Origin: Podarcis vaucheri
Lineage: Eukaryota
Assembly (NCBI GenBank): GCA_965113315.1
Contig: OZ220370.1
Direction: 5' to 3' (one strand)
DNA: 64,000 bases
Numbering within the stretch: position 1 is the stretch's first letter; every line of letters starts with the position of its first letter. The notes below the pieces were generated by a model that saw only the letters and a program-made list of their open reading frames with translations, was not told the DNA's origin and did not search any database. A program made the translations under genes and the position numbers. This document shows positions 47,901 through 61,877 of the stretch, piece by piece.

Positions 47901-49730
47901 ATGTTCCTCACCCCAAAACCTGTAAAGAGATTATCAAACCGGCACATACTTTCACAAACACATACTTAGTTTTAACAATAGAATATATTTACTAAGCCAA
48001 TAAATTAGGTTTTGTTTTGAAATTTGTTTATTTTTGGCATACATGGAACCCATTTGGAAATTGAATAGCTGAGCCCAGAAGCTAATAATTTGCCATTATC
48101 CTTTTATGTCTGATCAGCTTCTTTATTTAAGAATTAAAGGAATTCCATTTTTTTTAAAAAAGCTCATTTGTTCTAGATATTATTGAGCCTTATGTGTTTC
48201 ACTTATGCACGATGTATGCATGAAAAGGGTCTTTTACTACTTTGCTGTTATTGTTTATAGTCTCATCTTGTAGTGTTTCAACTATAAGGCAACTGCATGC
48301 TGAAATACTGACTTTACATTTCAGTTTCATAACTGACACACCTTAAATTTGTGGAAGTTAATGCTCATATTGCAAATGCCCCAGTACAATACTAGTAGTG
48401 GCGGTAGGAAAGGGAGTATCATTATTTTTATTTTTGGAGCTGCATCCATCCCACTCTTACACCCTGCCACTTAAGAGGCAGCTTGTTCCTCATACTAAAA
48501 AGGGTTTCTTGCCACCTCTAGTTTCCCCGAGGCAGTACAAGTAATTAATCAGATGCAGGATTGTTTCTCCAAACCTCTTACGGGATTTTGGGCTGACGTT
48601 AAGAAGTTTTCATGGCCCAGACTGCATCAGGTATGACTTACTACTGTGTTTCTCGATGCAACTGTTAAGAACCCACTTATACTTGTGTATGCTGGTAATG
48701 CAGATCAAGTGAGAGATGGAGCCTCATCCATTCAGCAATGCAGTAAAGTGCCTAAGTCTGTTTGGCCAACACATCTCTCCACCTCCTACTGCATCTGAAA
48801 ACAAACTGGTTGCATTAATAACCTACAGGGAGGAAGAAGGGATGGAAAACTTTCCTTTCCTGAACGTCCTGAAGTTAACTTACCTTACAACCCAAACCAC
48901 TGAATCGATCATTAGTGTCTACTAATGAAACTGTTGCCATTATGAAATCTTATTATACAGCATTATATATACCATAGTCATAGACATATTATGGGACTTT
49001 GTTATAAATTTAGCTTTAACACACACACACCCAATTTAGTTGCCCACTTGGCTTTCAAAAGTGCATTTTCCTTATGCAATTAAGCAAACATTCACTAAGG
49101 CAAGTGTGGGAACCCTTTGGCATTCTAGAAGTTGCTGGACGACAACTCCCATCATCTCTGGCATTTGCCCATGTTTGCTGGGGCTGTGGGCACTGTAGTT
49201 CAGCAACATCTGGAGGGCCAAAGTTCTCCACATCTGCCCTAAAGCTTTAGTTTTTGCCATTAGCAGTATGATGCCACCCCTGTGTACAATCCATTCTTAC
49301 TTGGAAGAATGTTCCACAGACTTAAGCACGGCTGCTCCATCCCAAGTATGCACACAGGAGTCTTCCTGAACTTGATGGGCCTTATTTCCAAGGAAACAGA
49401 CTTAGGGCTGCACTGTAAGCATCTTAAAGAAACTGAACACATTACACTGCACTATACGATTAGCCGCACCAAAGCAACAGTTACAGGTATCTTCTGGATG
49501 GGCTCAATACTCCCAGGCTTCCTCCTATTTAAAGGAAAACCTATTGAAATCCTGTTGTGAAAACAAGAACACCCATATATAAAGGACTATTATACAAGGT
49601 GTTATTGTGCTGCACATAAAGGGATTTTGCAGCAAGATGATTAAATGCAAAACTATGTCCATCGCACTGCTCCGAAACAAAAAGCAGCATCAATTCTGCT
49701 TTCAGCCAGCACTTTAGTTATTTATCAAAC

Positions 49731-50075
49731 ATGAATAGAACAGGGGCCATAATCAGTGGCGAATCAGTGGCACATGCCCTCCTAGCGTTCACTCTTTACA
49801 AAGACCTGAGGAACAATATTATGCCTCCTTTATTGACCATTCTGGGTCAACCAACCACTGCTACAGTGTCGTTTCTCCTGGCAGATCAAGAGGAGCAGAT
49901 GACTACAAAGGTTGCAAGGTTTCTAGCTGGGGCAATCAGAATAAGGTCCACTATTTGACGGCTGATTCAGGACCCTAAACTGTGTTTGATATAACTGACT
50001 TTTTATTTTGTTCTATGTAAATCATAATTTTTGTTGTTGTTGCTATGGCCGATGGCTGACGCAAATAAAGTTCCA
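49731..50075 (+). mobile_element. 3' end of a non-LTR retrotransposon (clade unresolved)
   Basis: ESVAHALL..TLYKDLR resembles a decayed LINE C-terminal knuckle (E...H.L..C..Y...R). It is followed by a short UTR ending in AATAAA. Confidence 0.4.
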
Positions 50076-51576
50076 CTCATCACCACCACCAGGGGCTATA
50101 AGATGGGATACTCCTTTTAATCAGAATATATATGGGAGGCTGCATGGTTAACTTTGAGGACTCCATCATATGAGAGGTCCTTATTACACCTCCCAGTCCT
50201 ATGTTGCAATCTGCCAAGGAGCAGGCACTGTCCCGGCAAGAATGCTGCCTGCCAGCCTGGGTGCTTCCCCTTGCTCTGAATGCTATCCGCATGGCATCAT
50301 GGAAAAATTCTATCTCTGATCCTGCAAGAAATAAGATCTGTGAACATACTTTGGGAGTGAGGAGACACTGGAGTCCTTGTGTAAGTGGTCAGGGTTGAAA
50401 GGATTAGTATTGCTCCTTGGGTGGTGCACAAATGCTTAGGAATGCTCCCTCAGCCATTAATCCGCCAATGGACTAACATTGTTAAAAATATTTTGCTGGG
50501 GGATGCTGGTGGGACAAACGAATTCTCAAAACGCTACAAGGCAACAACAATGATCTGTGGAAGCAAAGGCAGAGAACAGAATATGGGGGGGAAACCCAAC
50601 AACATTCCAATGCAGAAATGAGAGTCACTACAAAGTCTGGGATAAAAGGACATGCAGTGTGTGTGTGTGCTACTAATCTCACCACTCTAAGTCAGGTGTG
50701 GGGAATGTTTGGCCCCCCAGATGATGCTGAACTATAACTCCATTGACCATTGACCATTGACCATGCTTGCTAGGGCTGCTGGAAGTTGTTCAGCAACATT
50801 TGAAAGGTCACCAGTTTCCCACACCTGCTCTCACTAACTTCTTAAATATGATGACCCAGAAGGCAATAAAGTTACAACCAGACATGAAACAGAGTACGGT
50901 AAATTCAGTGTGCCATATAGCACTTATGAACTGAATGGATTTATTTGTAAATTAAATTAAGGTATGGGATTATTAACTGCTTTGATGCCACACCAAGACC
51001 AGAACCACAATCCTAAACACTTGTTATTGAAGTAAATCCTATTGTGTTCAATGAGGCTTACTCCTAGGAAACATGCATAAGATTATGGTAGGATTGAGGT
51101 TGCACAAAGCACAGAATTGTTTTCCATTAAGAGAAAACTTGCTAGAAATTGGAAACATTGCCTTCCCCCCCATCATCCTGCAAACCCTTCACTATTAAAA
51201 GATTTTAACCATGTGGTGAGCGCTTGTCAAATCACAAGGGATTATACACAGTGAGGAGCTATCACAGGAACCCTTGCTTGAAGTACAAATAGGTTTTTGA
51301 AAACAGAAACAAAGATGTCAGGCAACTGCAATTTAACTTCCAAACTGATAAGCACTCAACTGCCAAGGTTTGCTATATGATGCCAAACCACAGTTAAAAT
51401 TTCTCAACAATGGTTTGACATTATTGTCTGAATGAACTGAAAGAATGTTGGCTTGGCTTGGATGCTAAGAGAAGTTGAATCTAAGAGAAGTTGGATCCTA
51501 AGACAATTTTAGGCTTTTCTCTTTCCTTAGCAGCCCCCCCCCCCTATTGCTCAGAAGGGTCAATGATCCTCTAGAG

Positions 51577-51712
51577 CAGGCATGGCGAAACTTGGCCCTC
51601 CAGCTGTTTTGGGACTACAACTCCCATCATCCCTAGCTAACAGGACCAAGGGTCGGGGATGATGGGAATTGTAGCCCCAAAACAGCTGGAGGCCCAAGTT
51701 TGGCCATGCCTG
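51577..51712. mobile_element. hAT-Charlie-type MITE (136 bp, palindromic)
   Basis: CAGGCATGG...CCATGCCTG termini and a perfect 8-bp TSD CTCTAGAG. Older relatives lie at ~49100-49238 and ~50693-50827. Confidence 0.85.
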
Positions 51713-54531
51713 CTCTAGAGTCTTTTCGTGGGGCACAGGAGGCTGCAAGGGGAGGAAGAGTCAGGAAACTCTCCTTCCTTTAATTTACTTACGTTAACTG
51801 ACCTTACAACGGAAACCATTGGCCATGTTCACACATAACACTAACCCATGGTGCTTATCAGTGCTTTTCTTCTAGAAAAGCTTCTAGAAAAAGAGGTGTT
51901 GGTACTGTGTACCTTGATTAGCCCCAGAAAAAAGCACCGGTAAGTAAAAAGGAACTATGGATAACACAACAAGTCAACATTAAGGGAAAATAAAAGTAAG
52001 TACTGGTGATGTTCTCTAGAGACTTTGGCTCATTCCAGATTGTGCACATGGTTTAGCATTCCATGCGAACTGGGCCACTGAAGTTAAAGTACAGGCTATT
52101 CCCCACAGAATTTCTTCCTATACAAATGCAGTCCAGTGCTGTACTTGGCCACTGAAGTGCTTGCAATCCTATAAGATACCGGGGGACGGGGGACGGGGAC
52201 ATTACATCATGAGAATTCCTGGGATCATCACTGACATCTCCTCACATGAGAATCCACCTAACTACACTAGTCTACTCTACTCATGTATGGAGAAAGTACT
52301 TTTAATCAAGTTCCCAAAGTGTGTGTTTTTTTAAAAAAAAATCAAGCAGTTTACAATCTCCCCCCTAATGGCAAGAACTTTCTTCAGCTTTCTCCCACAA
52401 TTACAGCATGCAGTCTTCTGTAAGCTTCCTAAGTCGTTTTTTCCCCAATGAACAAAGATAACTGAAGAAAAAATAATGAAAATATCACATTAAGAAACAC
52501 TGCATTAAGGATTGGATGGGGGGGGGAAGCTTTAAATACAAACATGAAATCCTTTATCGTAGCTGTTTAACTCTTATGAATAAGCAATGGGATTAGTAGT
52601 GTTGTGTTAAGACCTGGATTCCCTTCCTAAGACTTTGATGTATTTGTTGTCTACATAATGAAAACAGGCTGGCTAGGTAAATACATCACACACCATGTGG
52701 GCCAAGTTTGCATTCTCCTCACCCCACTTTTTAAATAGTCAAATGCATTTCATAGATTAGGATCCTAAAACATTCATATATTATTTCAAGAATAGGAGGG
52801 TAACCTCAACTATTCTACTTCCTCTAAACATTTTTTAATCATCATTTAATCAGCTTAATTTTGATTAGACTAGATTTAGTTTTGGGAAATGTGAACACGT
52901 TTAATTTAGGTTAGTGTTTAAGTTTCACTCTTTCCTAATTATGGTTTTTTTAAGAAACCTTAGAGAAGCGGCAGCAATACAAAGCATCTAGGATGAACCA
53001 CTGAACTGCTGCATCTGTGTCTTATTTCCTGAAAATTTGCACTCCAAGGCAGATCATTCTCACCTTGTGTGCATTTTACACCCAAGCCAATGGGTGCGTT
53101 GTTCTCTAACAGTTATTTGTACTAATGCAAGCCATCAAAATTTGCTCAGATTAAATGCAAAGTAGTTTCAATCACATTTGAAATCCAAATCTTTCTTTGT
53201 TTCTCTAATACAAAACCTTTTCCAAAATAAATTCTGTAAAACAAAGAGCACATTTCAGAACAGCACATTTCTGCATTTCAGAACCCCTTTGTTCCCCAAC
53301 ACTGAAAGGAACCTATGCTTATTCTCTCCCTTTCTGTATCTGTTATATGCTATGCAAGAGAACTCGACTGGGTAAAAAAGAATACCTGCCTTGATTGCGA
53401 CAGTTTCTAAGGGAAACAGTACGATGGTAAATTAAACTGGGGCCATTCTGAGAAGTAGATTGGTAGGGCTATGACTTCTAAACTGTTTGGGCTGAACTAC
53501 CCCAAATCCTGTCCTTCCCACAGAGCTATATGAAAGACCAAGGCCTTCCTTCTCCCTCAAGTGCTATTAGGTTGAAAATTATGCTGCGTTCATAGATCAT
53601 TGCCCCTTTATAAATACATGTGTGTAGAAGCCGAATGTGTTTTTTGCTACCTCTCTTTTCCCCTCCTCGCCCTGTAAATTATAGCTGAGCAGAAAGAGAG
53701 GCCACAGGTGGATAACAAGGCAGAAAGGAAAACAATGCATGTGTGAGCAGGGCAGTGACAGCTCACAAGAGATTTAAGAGCAGAGGATTACCGGTAAGTA
53801 TTGCTTTCCTAAAGGCCAACAACTCTATAAAAACCAACCCTGTTTTCAACTAGGCAGAGAAATAAGTGGTGAACTTGTATTGCCTTTTCAATGAGAAATT
53901 TGCACTCATCTGGAGGTGATGCGAAGCTACTAAATTCTTCGTCGGTTTTTTTTTTGCGGTTTAAATTTCCTTCTGGAAGATGGATTCATTCATAAAAGGA
54001 TTCTAATCACAACCCACATATAAAAGGAATGCTATCCCAACAATTAGAACGAGTGGGAGAAGGACACTAACCACTGGATAAATCAGAACTGAAGGCAAGG
54101 TATGCAGCCATCAGAATACAAAAAAACAAAAACAAAAAACCCCCCAAGAGGAAATACATTTATTGGTAAACACACAAAAATCAAGGTGATTTGTGTGCTG
54201 TTCAGCTTTGCCTAATCAATAATAATAAATATAATGTCTTCATAGACTACACTGAGTACAAATTAAATTCCCTTTAAAGCCCACTGTTTAGCAGCTTCTG
54301 AATGTTCAGGGATGCACAAGGCACACCTCCCTGCTTCTACTATGTACAAAAGAGTCTGCTCACCACTCAGAATATCTGCATAGTAAGAATGTTTTTTTCC
54401 TGCTACTATATTTACATAAGAGCAACAGAGGATTTTAGTGCAAAAACAAAAACAAAAACGAGAGACTGTGTGTTAGCCCCGGTGCTTCTGGCACACCTCT
54501 CTCTGAGTTTTATTGCACCGGCTTCGTAGCA

Positions 54532-55444
54532 CTACATTTTAGGTCGCCAGCCGTTAATGAACTGCAGTATTTTCTTAACCTGCAACTTGCTTAGCTTGAA
54601 GTCCTCCAAAAGGATCTCTTCATTGAGCTGAACAAGCAAGTTGCCGTCAATCTTCTCTGTAACGAAAAAGGATATGACATCCTCAGATAAACCTATAAAC
54701 CTCAGAGATTTAGAAACTTCCTCTATTGAAAGTCCAGACAGATCCACAGGGGGCTGCCAAGGAGAGCCGTCGCCGCAGGACCTTGGTGCTAGCTGAAGGT
54801 GGAGGGGAGATGAGAAAGGATAAGGGATGGCAAAGATGTCTTGCATGCCCTTTTTGCTAAGGTACTGATCTTCAGAAAGGTCTGGTGAGCCTGCCTGCGG
54901 TTCTTCCTCGGCACCATCTATTCTGAAAGGCAGGGGACACAAGTCAAGGCCGGGCTTCTCATCTGCCGCTTTTGGTGCACGAGGGGGTAAGGCAGGGCAC
55001 GAGAGAGACTGCGGTGTGCTACTGACTGCCAGGCTCTTCTCATCGGTGCACTCGAGAGAGTAACTCGCCGACTTTGGGCAAGTGGGCACTGCACAACCAG
55101 GTTCTGCTGCAGCTGGCAGGGTGTCCCCTACAGGAAATTCACTTCTATCCAAGTCAAATGTAAAAGTTGCTGGGCAGTTTCTCTTTGGTGTGCCAGGAGT
55201 CTTCTGTCTTGGATAACTGTAACTCCTGCTTGGGTCCAATAGAAATTCACCCCTGTTAAGGCCTTCAGCAGCTCCGGAACAATGATTTGGCCACGACAGC
55301 CTGGAGGACAGAGCATCAGCAGAGGGGCTTCCAAAAGGCAGTAGGTTGCCAAAATCTTGTAGGTCAGCCTTCACTGTGCTGCACGGATAGCAAGCAACAG
55401 GAGCACTCTCGGAGGCAGACTCAGCTTCTCCTTCTGCAGCATTG
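54532..55444 (-). CDS. GAREM1: GAREM1 last coding exon (C-terminal SAM domain)
   Basis: SYSYPRQKTPGTPKRNC...LSGLSIEEVSKSLRFIGLSEDVISFFVTEKIDGNLLVQL...QFINGWRPKM-stop. The 5' boundary is inferred from phase. Confidence 0.93.
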
Positions 55445-56233
55445 CTTTTTTTTTTTAAAGATAAGCAAAAAGATAATTACTTTGGTACTTGGTGGTCATG
55501 TGAGAAAGCTATTACTTTGCCTTACATTATGTCAAGATGGTGGTCAGTGTCTTTATACAATTTCCCTTCTGCAGAACTGTTTGCACATCACAAATTCAAA
55601 CACAGGAATTAGACTTGGGGGGCGACATGCAAAGCCAAACAACACCCACATTCCCTGAAAAGCAGTTAAGTGTACTGACAATTATTTTGTAATTTCTAAG
55701 CAAATTTGTTCACATAAGTGGAGGGCACCACATTGATTAAGCTTGCTGCTATACACCAATGGGAAGTTTTTTTAAAATCACTTTTCATCATGCCAGTAAA
55801 GCCTGAGAAGTTATCTAACATTGCATGTCAGACTAAATGTATAAGGGGAAATAGGGTGGTACACTGTGTATTCTGAACTGAAATAATGAAATCTGGACTC
55901 TGGTAATTTAATAAAGAACAGATGTCTGGCCCCTGTACCTTAAACCTAGTAGGTAGAAGGATCTAGACGGATATGAGAGATAATTCTCATGTTCATTCTA
56001 AGGGACTGAACTTGCAAAACATGTGCTCTATGACAGTGCACTGTAATGCTTCCTTTGACATTAATATCCAGTGCCTCACAATCCATAGTATGCCCATCTA
56101 CATGTGGACCAATTTTCAAAGCACAGTGGAAAACTGCAGGGATTTCTTGTTACAGTAATTTGGACTTCCCTAATGAGTTGGGTTGTTTTTTAAAATGGCT
56201 GGAGTAATCCACTTCAGTGACTGTTCCCTTATA

Positions 56234-56475
56234 CAGTGGTACTTTGGGTTACATACGTTTCAGGTTACATATGCCTCAGGTTACAGACTCCGCTAACCCA
56301 GAAATAGTGCTTCAGATGAAGAACTTTGCTTCAGGATGAGAACAGAAATCGTGCTCTGGCGGCACAGTGGCAGCAGGAGGCCCCATTAGTTAAAGTGGTG
56401 CTTCAGGTTAAGAACAGTTTCAGGTTAAGTATGGACCTCAGGAACGAATTAAGTACTTAACCCGAGGTACCACTG
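56234..56475. mobile_element. Tigger/pogo-like MITE (orientation B)
   Basis: TA-CAGTGGTACTTT...GAGGTACCACTG; same family and orientation as 22897. Confidence 0.8.
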
Positions 56476-56670
56476 TTTAAGCTGTAAGGAAAACCCAAAG
56501 GTATCTATTAAGACAAGAGGCTAAATTACCTTACCTATTAAATGTATAGTTATTACAGGGAAACTTTGCACAAAACTGTTTGAAGAAATAACTTGGAAGG
56601 ATGTTCTCCACAGTTACCATAAGCATTCATGAACAAGAGAAGGCTGAGAGCCAGAAGTGTTCCGTACTTA

Positions 56671-56838
<168 letters not shown>

Positions 56839-56934
56839 CTAGGAGGGAAATAAAACTTTATCATTCGGCAGAACTTTAGTATGTTCAAAGCACACCGCAT
56901 AAGTAACCAGCAATCCATACAGAAACCCTGTAAA

Positions 56935-56997
56935 CAGTGCTTTTCTTCTATAAAAAAGGTACTGTGTACCCTTGAGTGCCCCCAGAAAAAAGCACTG
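56935..56997. mobile_element. 63-bp hAT-type mini-element
   Basis: CAGTGCTTTT...AAAAGCACTG with a perfect 8-bp TSD CCTGTAAA. A relative lies at ~51860-51939. Confidence 0.75.
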
Positions 56998-58913
56998 CCT
57001 GTAAAGCAGGTCAGTACTTACTTCAGATGCAGAACAGAAGCTGAGAGAGAATGATTTGCTTAAGCCCACCTAGTGAGTGCACTGATCAAGCAAGATCTGG
57101 ATTTCCTGGGTGACTTCCCAGCTCTTTTTCTTCACCCCCGCATCACACCTGGTGTGCAAGAATTTAAGACAAGGCTGGAGAGTCCAGGTGGGTAACCTCA
57201 TTGGAATCAGAGGTAGATGCATCAGCTCAGGTCCCAGTTTTTTAAGGATCACAAAACAAGAGGAATAGGAGTGGTATTCATCCTGCAATGCCCACAAAGG
57301 TGGTTAAAGACAAGCAAACCCTGAGTAATGGAATACAGTGTTATTGCCTTCTTAGTAGCAGGTATGTATTCATATAGAAAGCACAGCCTGTCTACTTATC
57401 TGCTGCCAGCAGAGGGCATATGGTAGCCACTGAAGGATTGCATGAGCTGGTACAGATGTTACTGGACCCAGCTTACTTTGGTCATCTGCCCATATACAAA
57501 CAGTCTACCTATGTAAGCAAGAAACGTCTGAAGAGGAGACTAGAGTGAAGGAGAACCTCTTCTTCCATAACTAGAAGCCGTGGTAAAATATTAAAATATG
57601 CAACTACCCAGTAGGAAATGGGAAATCATTTAGAGTTGCTATCACAGAAAACTGCAAGCGTTTTAAAACTGGTGTTTTAAAAACCAGGCAAGACAGTCTG
57701 CACATTTCGGTTGTAACCACCCTTCAATGTTGTGATTGCAGGTTTTGTAACTGTAAGTTGTTTGTTTTTGTTTTTTTAAAGGTGCAAATAGCATACTACA
57801 ACAATGGGAGAATTTCTCCCTCTGTGAATACTAGCAGTGAATACAAGGCTTTGATTTTTAATGCTTATTTCAAGATATTACAATGTTTTATATATCCAGA
57901 ATGCAGCACTATACCTGCCATTGTGCAAGCAGCTATGCATCATCGTCATCAATTTATTAATCACCTTCTACACATCAAGGTGATGTACAATTAAAACACC
58001 AAAACAGAGCTTAAAATACAAAAAGCAGAGATAGTAAAACTAAAACAATACAAAGTGGACACTCCTGGCAAAGACCAATTTATCCCACCTGTGGCAGCGC
58101 ATCAGAATAATAGGGGTGACAGGTGTGGGTACAGAGGTACTAGCTGTACAGTGGTCAAGGCAATGCTGTGTCAACTGAGTAGAAGTGAGGGGCCAGAGGA
58201 TAGCACTTTGATGACCTCCATGTGAGGAGCTAATCTTTAAAGAGGCCTTCAATTCCCAAGCAAAAAAATCTAAATGATTTTTCTTTTGTGGCTGTTACTG
58301 AATTCAGCCACAGCACCAACGAGCTTTCAGTTTTGTCCCCTAGGTTGCAATAAATTGATTAAATTCCGACTCGAGCAGCAGTATGGTATGCAGAGCAATA
58401 ATAATGCTTTCATAAAGTGCGATAAAATGTTGTCTACATATTCATTGTGAAGAAGTAGCTCAGTCCTAGAGAGAACTTCAACCCAGAAGAGCGTCCTGTA
58501 CCAAGAAAGGCTCCATAGGGCACTGTTTTGAAGCTTTAAGAGTAAAAAATGTATGCTCAGCAGTAACAAATGAAGCAAACATGCTCTGTAAATATTGTGC
58601 CAGGAATAAACAAGAGTCTTACTTACTCACTGCATTAAACCAAATATATAGAGAAATGCCTTTACCTCCAGAAACATGTATTTTTTTAGCGTGCAACTAC
58701 CAACTGGTATTCATTAAACCAAGGCATATTTAAATAACTTCTAAAGTTAGGCTAACAATATGCTGCAACACCATGGCTATATAATTCAGGGAAATATTTT
58801 TGATGTGTCTAAGAGTTTCTACATGCCTAATGGATTTTGAGAGTGTGGAGGATAGCTAAATGAAAATGCCTACTCAGTGTCCTGTACAAAAGGCAAATTC
58901 CATGTCAGGTATA

Positions 58914-59139
58914 CAGTGGTACCTCGGGTTAAGTACTTAATTCGTTCTGGAGGTCTGTTCTTAACCTGAAACTGTTCTTAACCTGAAGCACAACTTTAGC
59001 TAATGGGGCCTCCCACTGCTGCTGCGCCGCCCGATCACGATTTCTGTTCTCATCCTGAAGCAAAGTTCTTAACCTGAAGCACTATTTCTGGGTTAGCGGA
59101 GTCTGTAACCTGAAGCGTATGTAACCTGAGGTACCACTG
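58914..59139. mobile_element. Tigger/pogo-like MITE (orientation A)
   Basis: TA-CAGTGGTACCTC...GAGGTACCACTG-TA with perfect 12-bp TIRs. Confidence 0.85.
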
Positions 59140-59149
59140 TAATGGCAAA

Positions 59150-59640
59150 TTTATTGTGTGGCCACACTTGGAATACTGTGTACAGTTCTGGTTGCCACTT
59201 CTCAAAAAGGATATTGTAGAGCTGGAAAAATATGAAGAAAAGGCAACTCGAATGAGTGCAGGGCTGGAACAGCTGCCCTATGAGGAAAGGCTATAACATT
59301 TGTGGCTTTTAAGTTTTGAAAAAAGGCAAGTTGGAAGGGACATGAGAGAGGGAGAAAGAATTGTGTGGGGGAAGTGGATAGAGAAAAAGGTTTCTCTCCT
59401 CATATTAAAAACTGGAGCCAACCAATGACACCAAATGGTGGAAGATTCAGGATAGGATATCAATGGCTGCAAGTCGTGATGGTTATATATTAGCTCCAGC
59501 ATCAGAGGGAGCATACTGGGGAACAACAGTGGGAGAAAGCCATTGTTCTCATGACCTGCTTGCTGCCTTCCTACAGGCATAGGTTAATCAGTGTGGGAAG
59601 CAGGATGTAGGCCTAGATGGGCTTAAGGTCTGATCCAGAC
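59150..59640 (+). mobile_element. Decayed CR1 ORF2 C-terminal / 3' fragment
   Basis: PHLEYCVQFWLPLLKKDIVELEK, the typical CR1 post-RT motif. Confidence 0.7.
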
Positions 59641-60698
59641 CTAGTTTTTGGACTAGTTTTCTGTTCTTACTTTCACCTCAGTTTTGTAGCATTTTGCATA
59701 CTTTTGAAAATCTGTCTGATGAGAGTGAATGTTAGGACAAAAAACAACAACACATGCACGTACGCTGCCAAAAAAGAGTCTCCATTGACCCTTAACTCCT
59801 TAAAACCATTGTCTATCTCTACGCCATATTTTATTTAATTCCACCATTTTATTGATTTCTACTGCTGATTTTTCCATTCAGGGCCTATTATTTTTTGACC
59901 CATACAGCAGACATATGCTCATCTCTAATGCAATTTTAATCATACTGTTCCTTGAAGCAAAGTATTACATGGAATACTTACGGTTTGCAACATAGAGACC
60001 CCTTTAAAAAAACACACAAAAAACCCCCTGCCTGTTCAATTTGCTAAGTCAATTTCCATCACTCAAGTGTTTCTCCATTTTTCTTCTTCCCCAGCAGCAT
60101 TAAGCAGGTTCCAAGCTGGTAACCTTTTGTTCTTGGGAGGACATACTCATTCAGCGTGGAGTTTCATCTTACCATTAAAAATGGCAAAAATTATTTGCAT
60201 AGCAAAAAAACATTTCTCCAAAAAAACATTTACATGTGAAGTTGCACAATGCACAGAAAAATGCATGCTCTACAGGGAAACATTTTTATTGGACGCAGTA
60301 AAATCCTGTTCTCAAATGTGGTTTACTTCCAAACCAATCTAGAAAAGTGCAAACTCTAGAGGGGGAAAAATGAACACCAAGGCTGCTATCCTATACCCAT
60401 CTTATTGTGAGTAAGACCCACTGAGCTCAGCGAGGTATACTTTTAAGTAGATATATACAGGATTGTACTTAAGCCTTCAAGAACTATGAAATGGGTATGG
60501 ACTAATTGAGGAAATAATTCTTTCTGCAGAAGATCTGGGGGATCCCAAAGCATCTGAATTCACAATTATGACAGTAGAACTTGCAATCCTGGGTCAGGAA
60601 ATCAAGTTCACCCCATTATCCAGATCAACACTTTTAAGTTTATGATCTGGACCTACCATCACCCATCTTTATTAGAAAAAAGAAAGACCATGACTTAC

Positions 60699-61877
60699 TG
60701 CTTCTGATTTAGGAGGCACAGGTGGTGGAGGTAGGGAAACTTCTGGAGATTTTGATGTTACTGTTATAGGCCCAGGTGCTGGAAGAGAAGAATTGCCACA
60801 CTTGGACCGGAAAGAACTCCTATAGCTGTCACATTTGTTCTTCTCACTTTGTGAGCGAGTGAAAGGCTGATCATTCATTTTCCCACCCCCCTGGTCCAGC
60901 CACAGTTCCTCATAAGGAAGTTCTGGTTTGGTAGGTAAACACAACGATTCTTCACAAACTTCAGGGAACAGGTAGTCGCTGCTGCCATCGCCAGAGTCCT
61001 GGCACTGCAGGGAATCATGGGAGAATAAAGCCCACTCATTGCACAAGTCCCTGCAGCCATGAAGGTTCACCTCACTATTTCCATGGAGGTTGTTTCCATA
61101 AACACAAACCGAGAGGCGGTGGAAGGATTGCGTCAACTCGTCCCGAGCGTAGCTAAGAGAGTTTGGCATGTGGTTGTGGCTGTGGGGCCGGGCTTTCTGC
61201 GGACTTTTGCACTCTTCATTCCAGTCGGCTTTCACATCTCTCACGCCACGGGAATACTCGTCTATGTCAAACTGCTCTTGGCAGAGACTGAACCAGTGCT
61301 TGACAAAGGCTTCGTGACCCACCTCCCCTTTCACAAGGCTTTCGGGGAGCGTGAACTTTGGAAGAGCCAAATGCAAAGGGAAGTGCATGGGAATGATTTT
61401 GTTGCTGTGCAGCGCACAACAAACCACCACAGTCTTGGTCTGAATGTTGACGAACTTGTAGCGGTGCCCCTCGCGGACAAAATGCAGGTCGTAAGGGTTT
61501 CGCGGCGGAGAGCTGGGCACAGTCACATTCACGGGCAGCCGCGTCTTCTCCACGATGTTGCGAATGGTATGTTCGCCCTCCTGCATCTGCAGCTCCAGGG
61601 GGCTGCGCGTGCTGAAGCGGCCCTTGCATTGGAAAGGAAGGCTGATGCTCTCATTGGTCCTGTGGTTCATGCAGATCAGGCACGGCATCTTGCCTCTGCC
61701 CAGCTTGCTGATGGAATTGAGCTTCCCGATTTTCTTGAAGATGGTGTTGAGCCGTGACTTCTCCTTGGAAGATTTTGCATAGAGGATTTCCGCTTGCCCC
61801 ATTAACGTCAGCTCGTCTCCCGTGCAGAGGGTGATGTTGTAAAGCTCGGTGTCTTCGTTGCATTCGCCCGAAGCCAC
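60699..61877 (-). CDS. GAREM1: GAREM1 large internal exon (CABIT domain and downstream region)
   Basis: VASGECNEDTELYNITLCTGDELTLMGQAEILYAK...LPPPPVPPKSEA, 1179 nt, phase 0/0, canonical splice sites. Upstream exons lie outside the window. Confidence 0.95.

Noticed and set aside
61059-61757. 232-aa plus-strand ORF
   Set aside because: Antisense shadow of the GC-rich GAREM1 exon.
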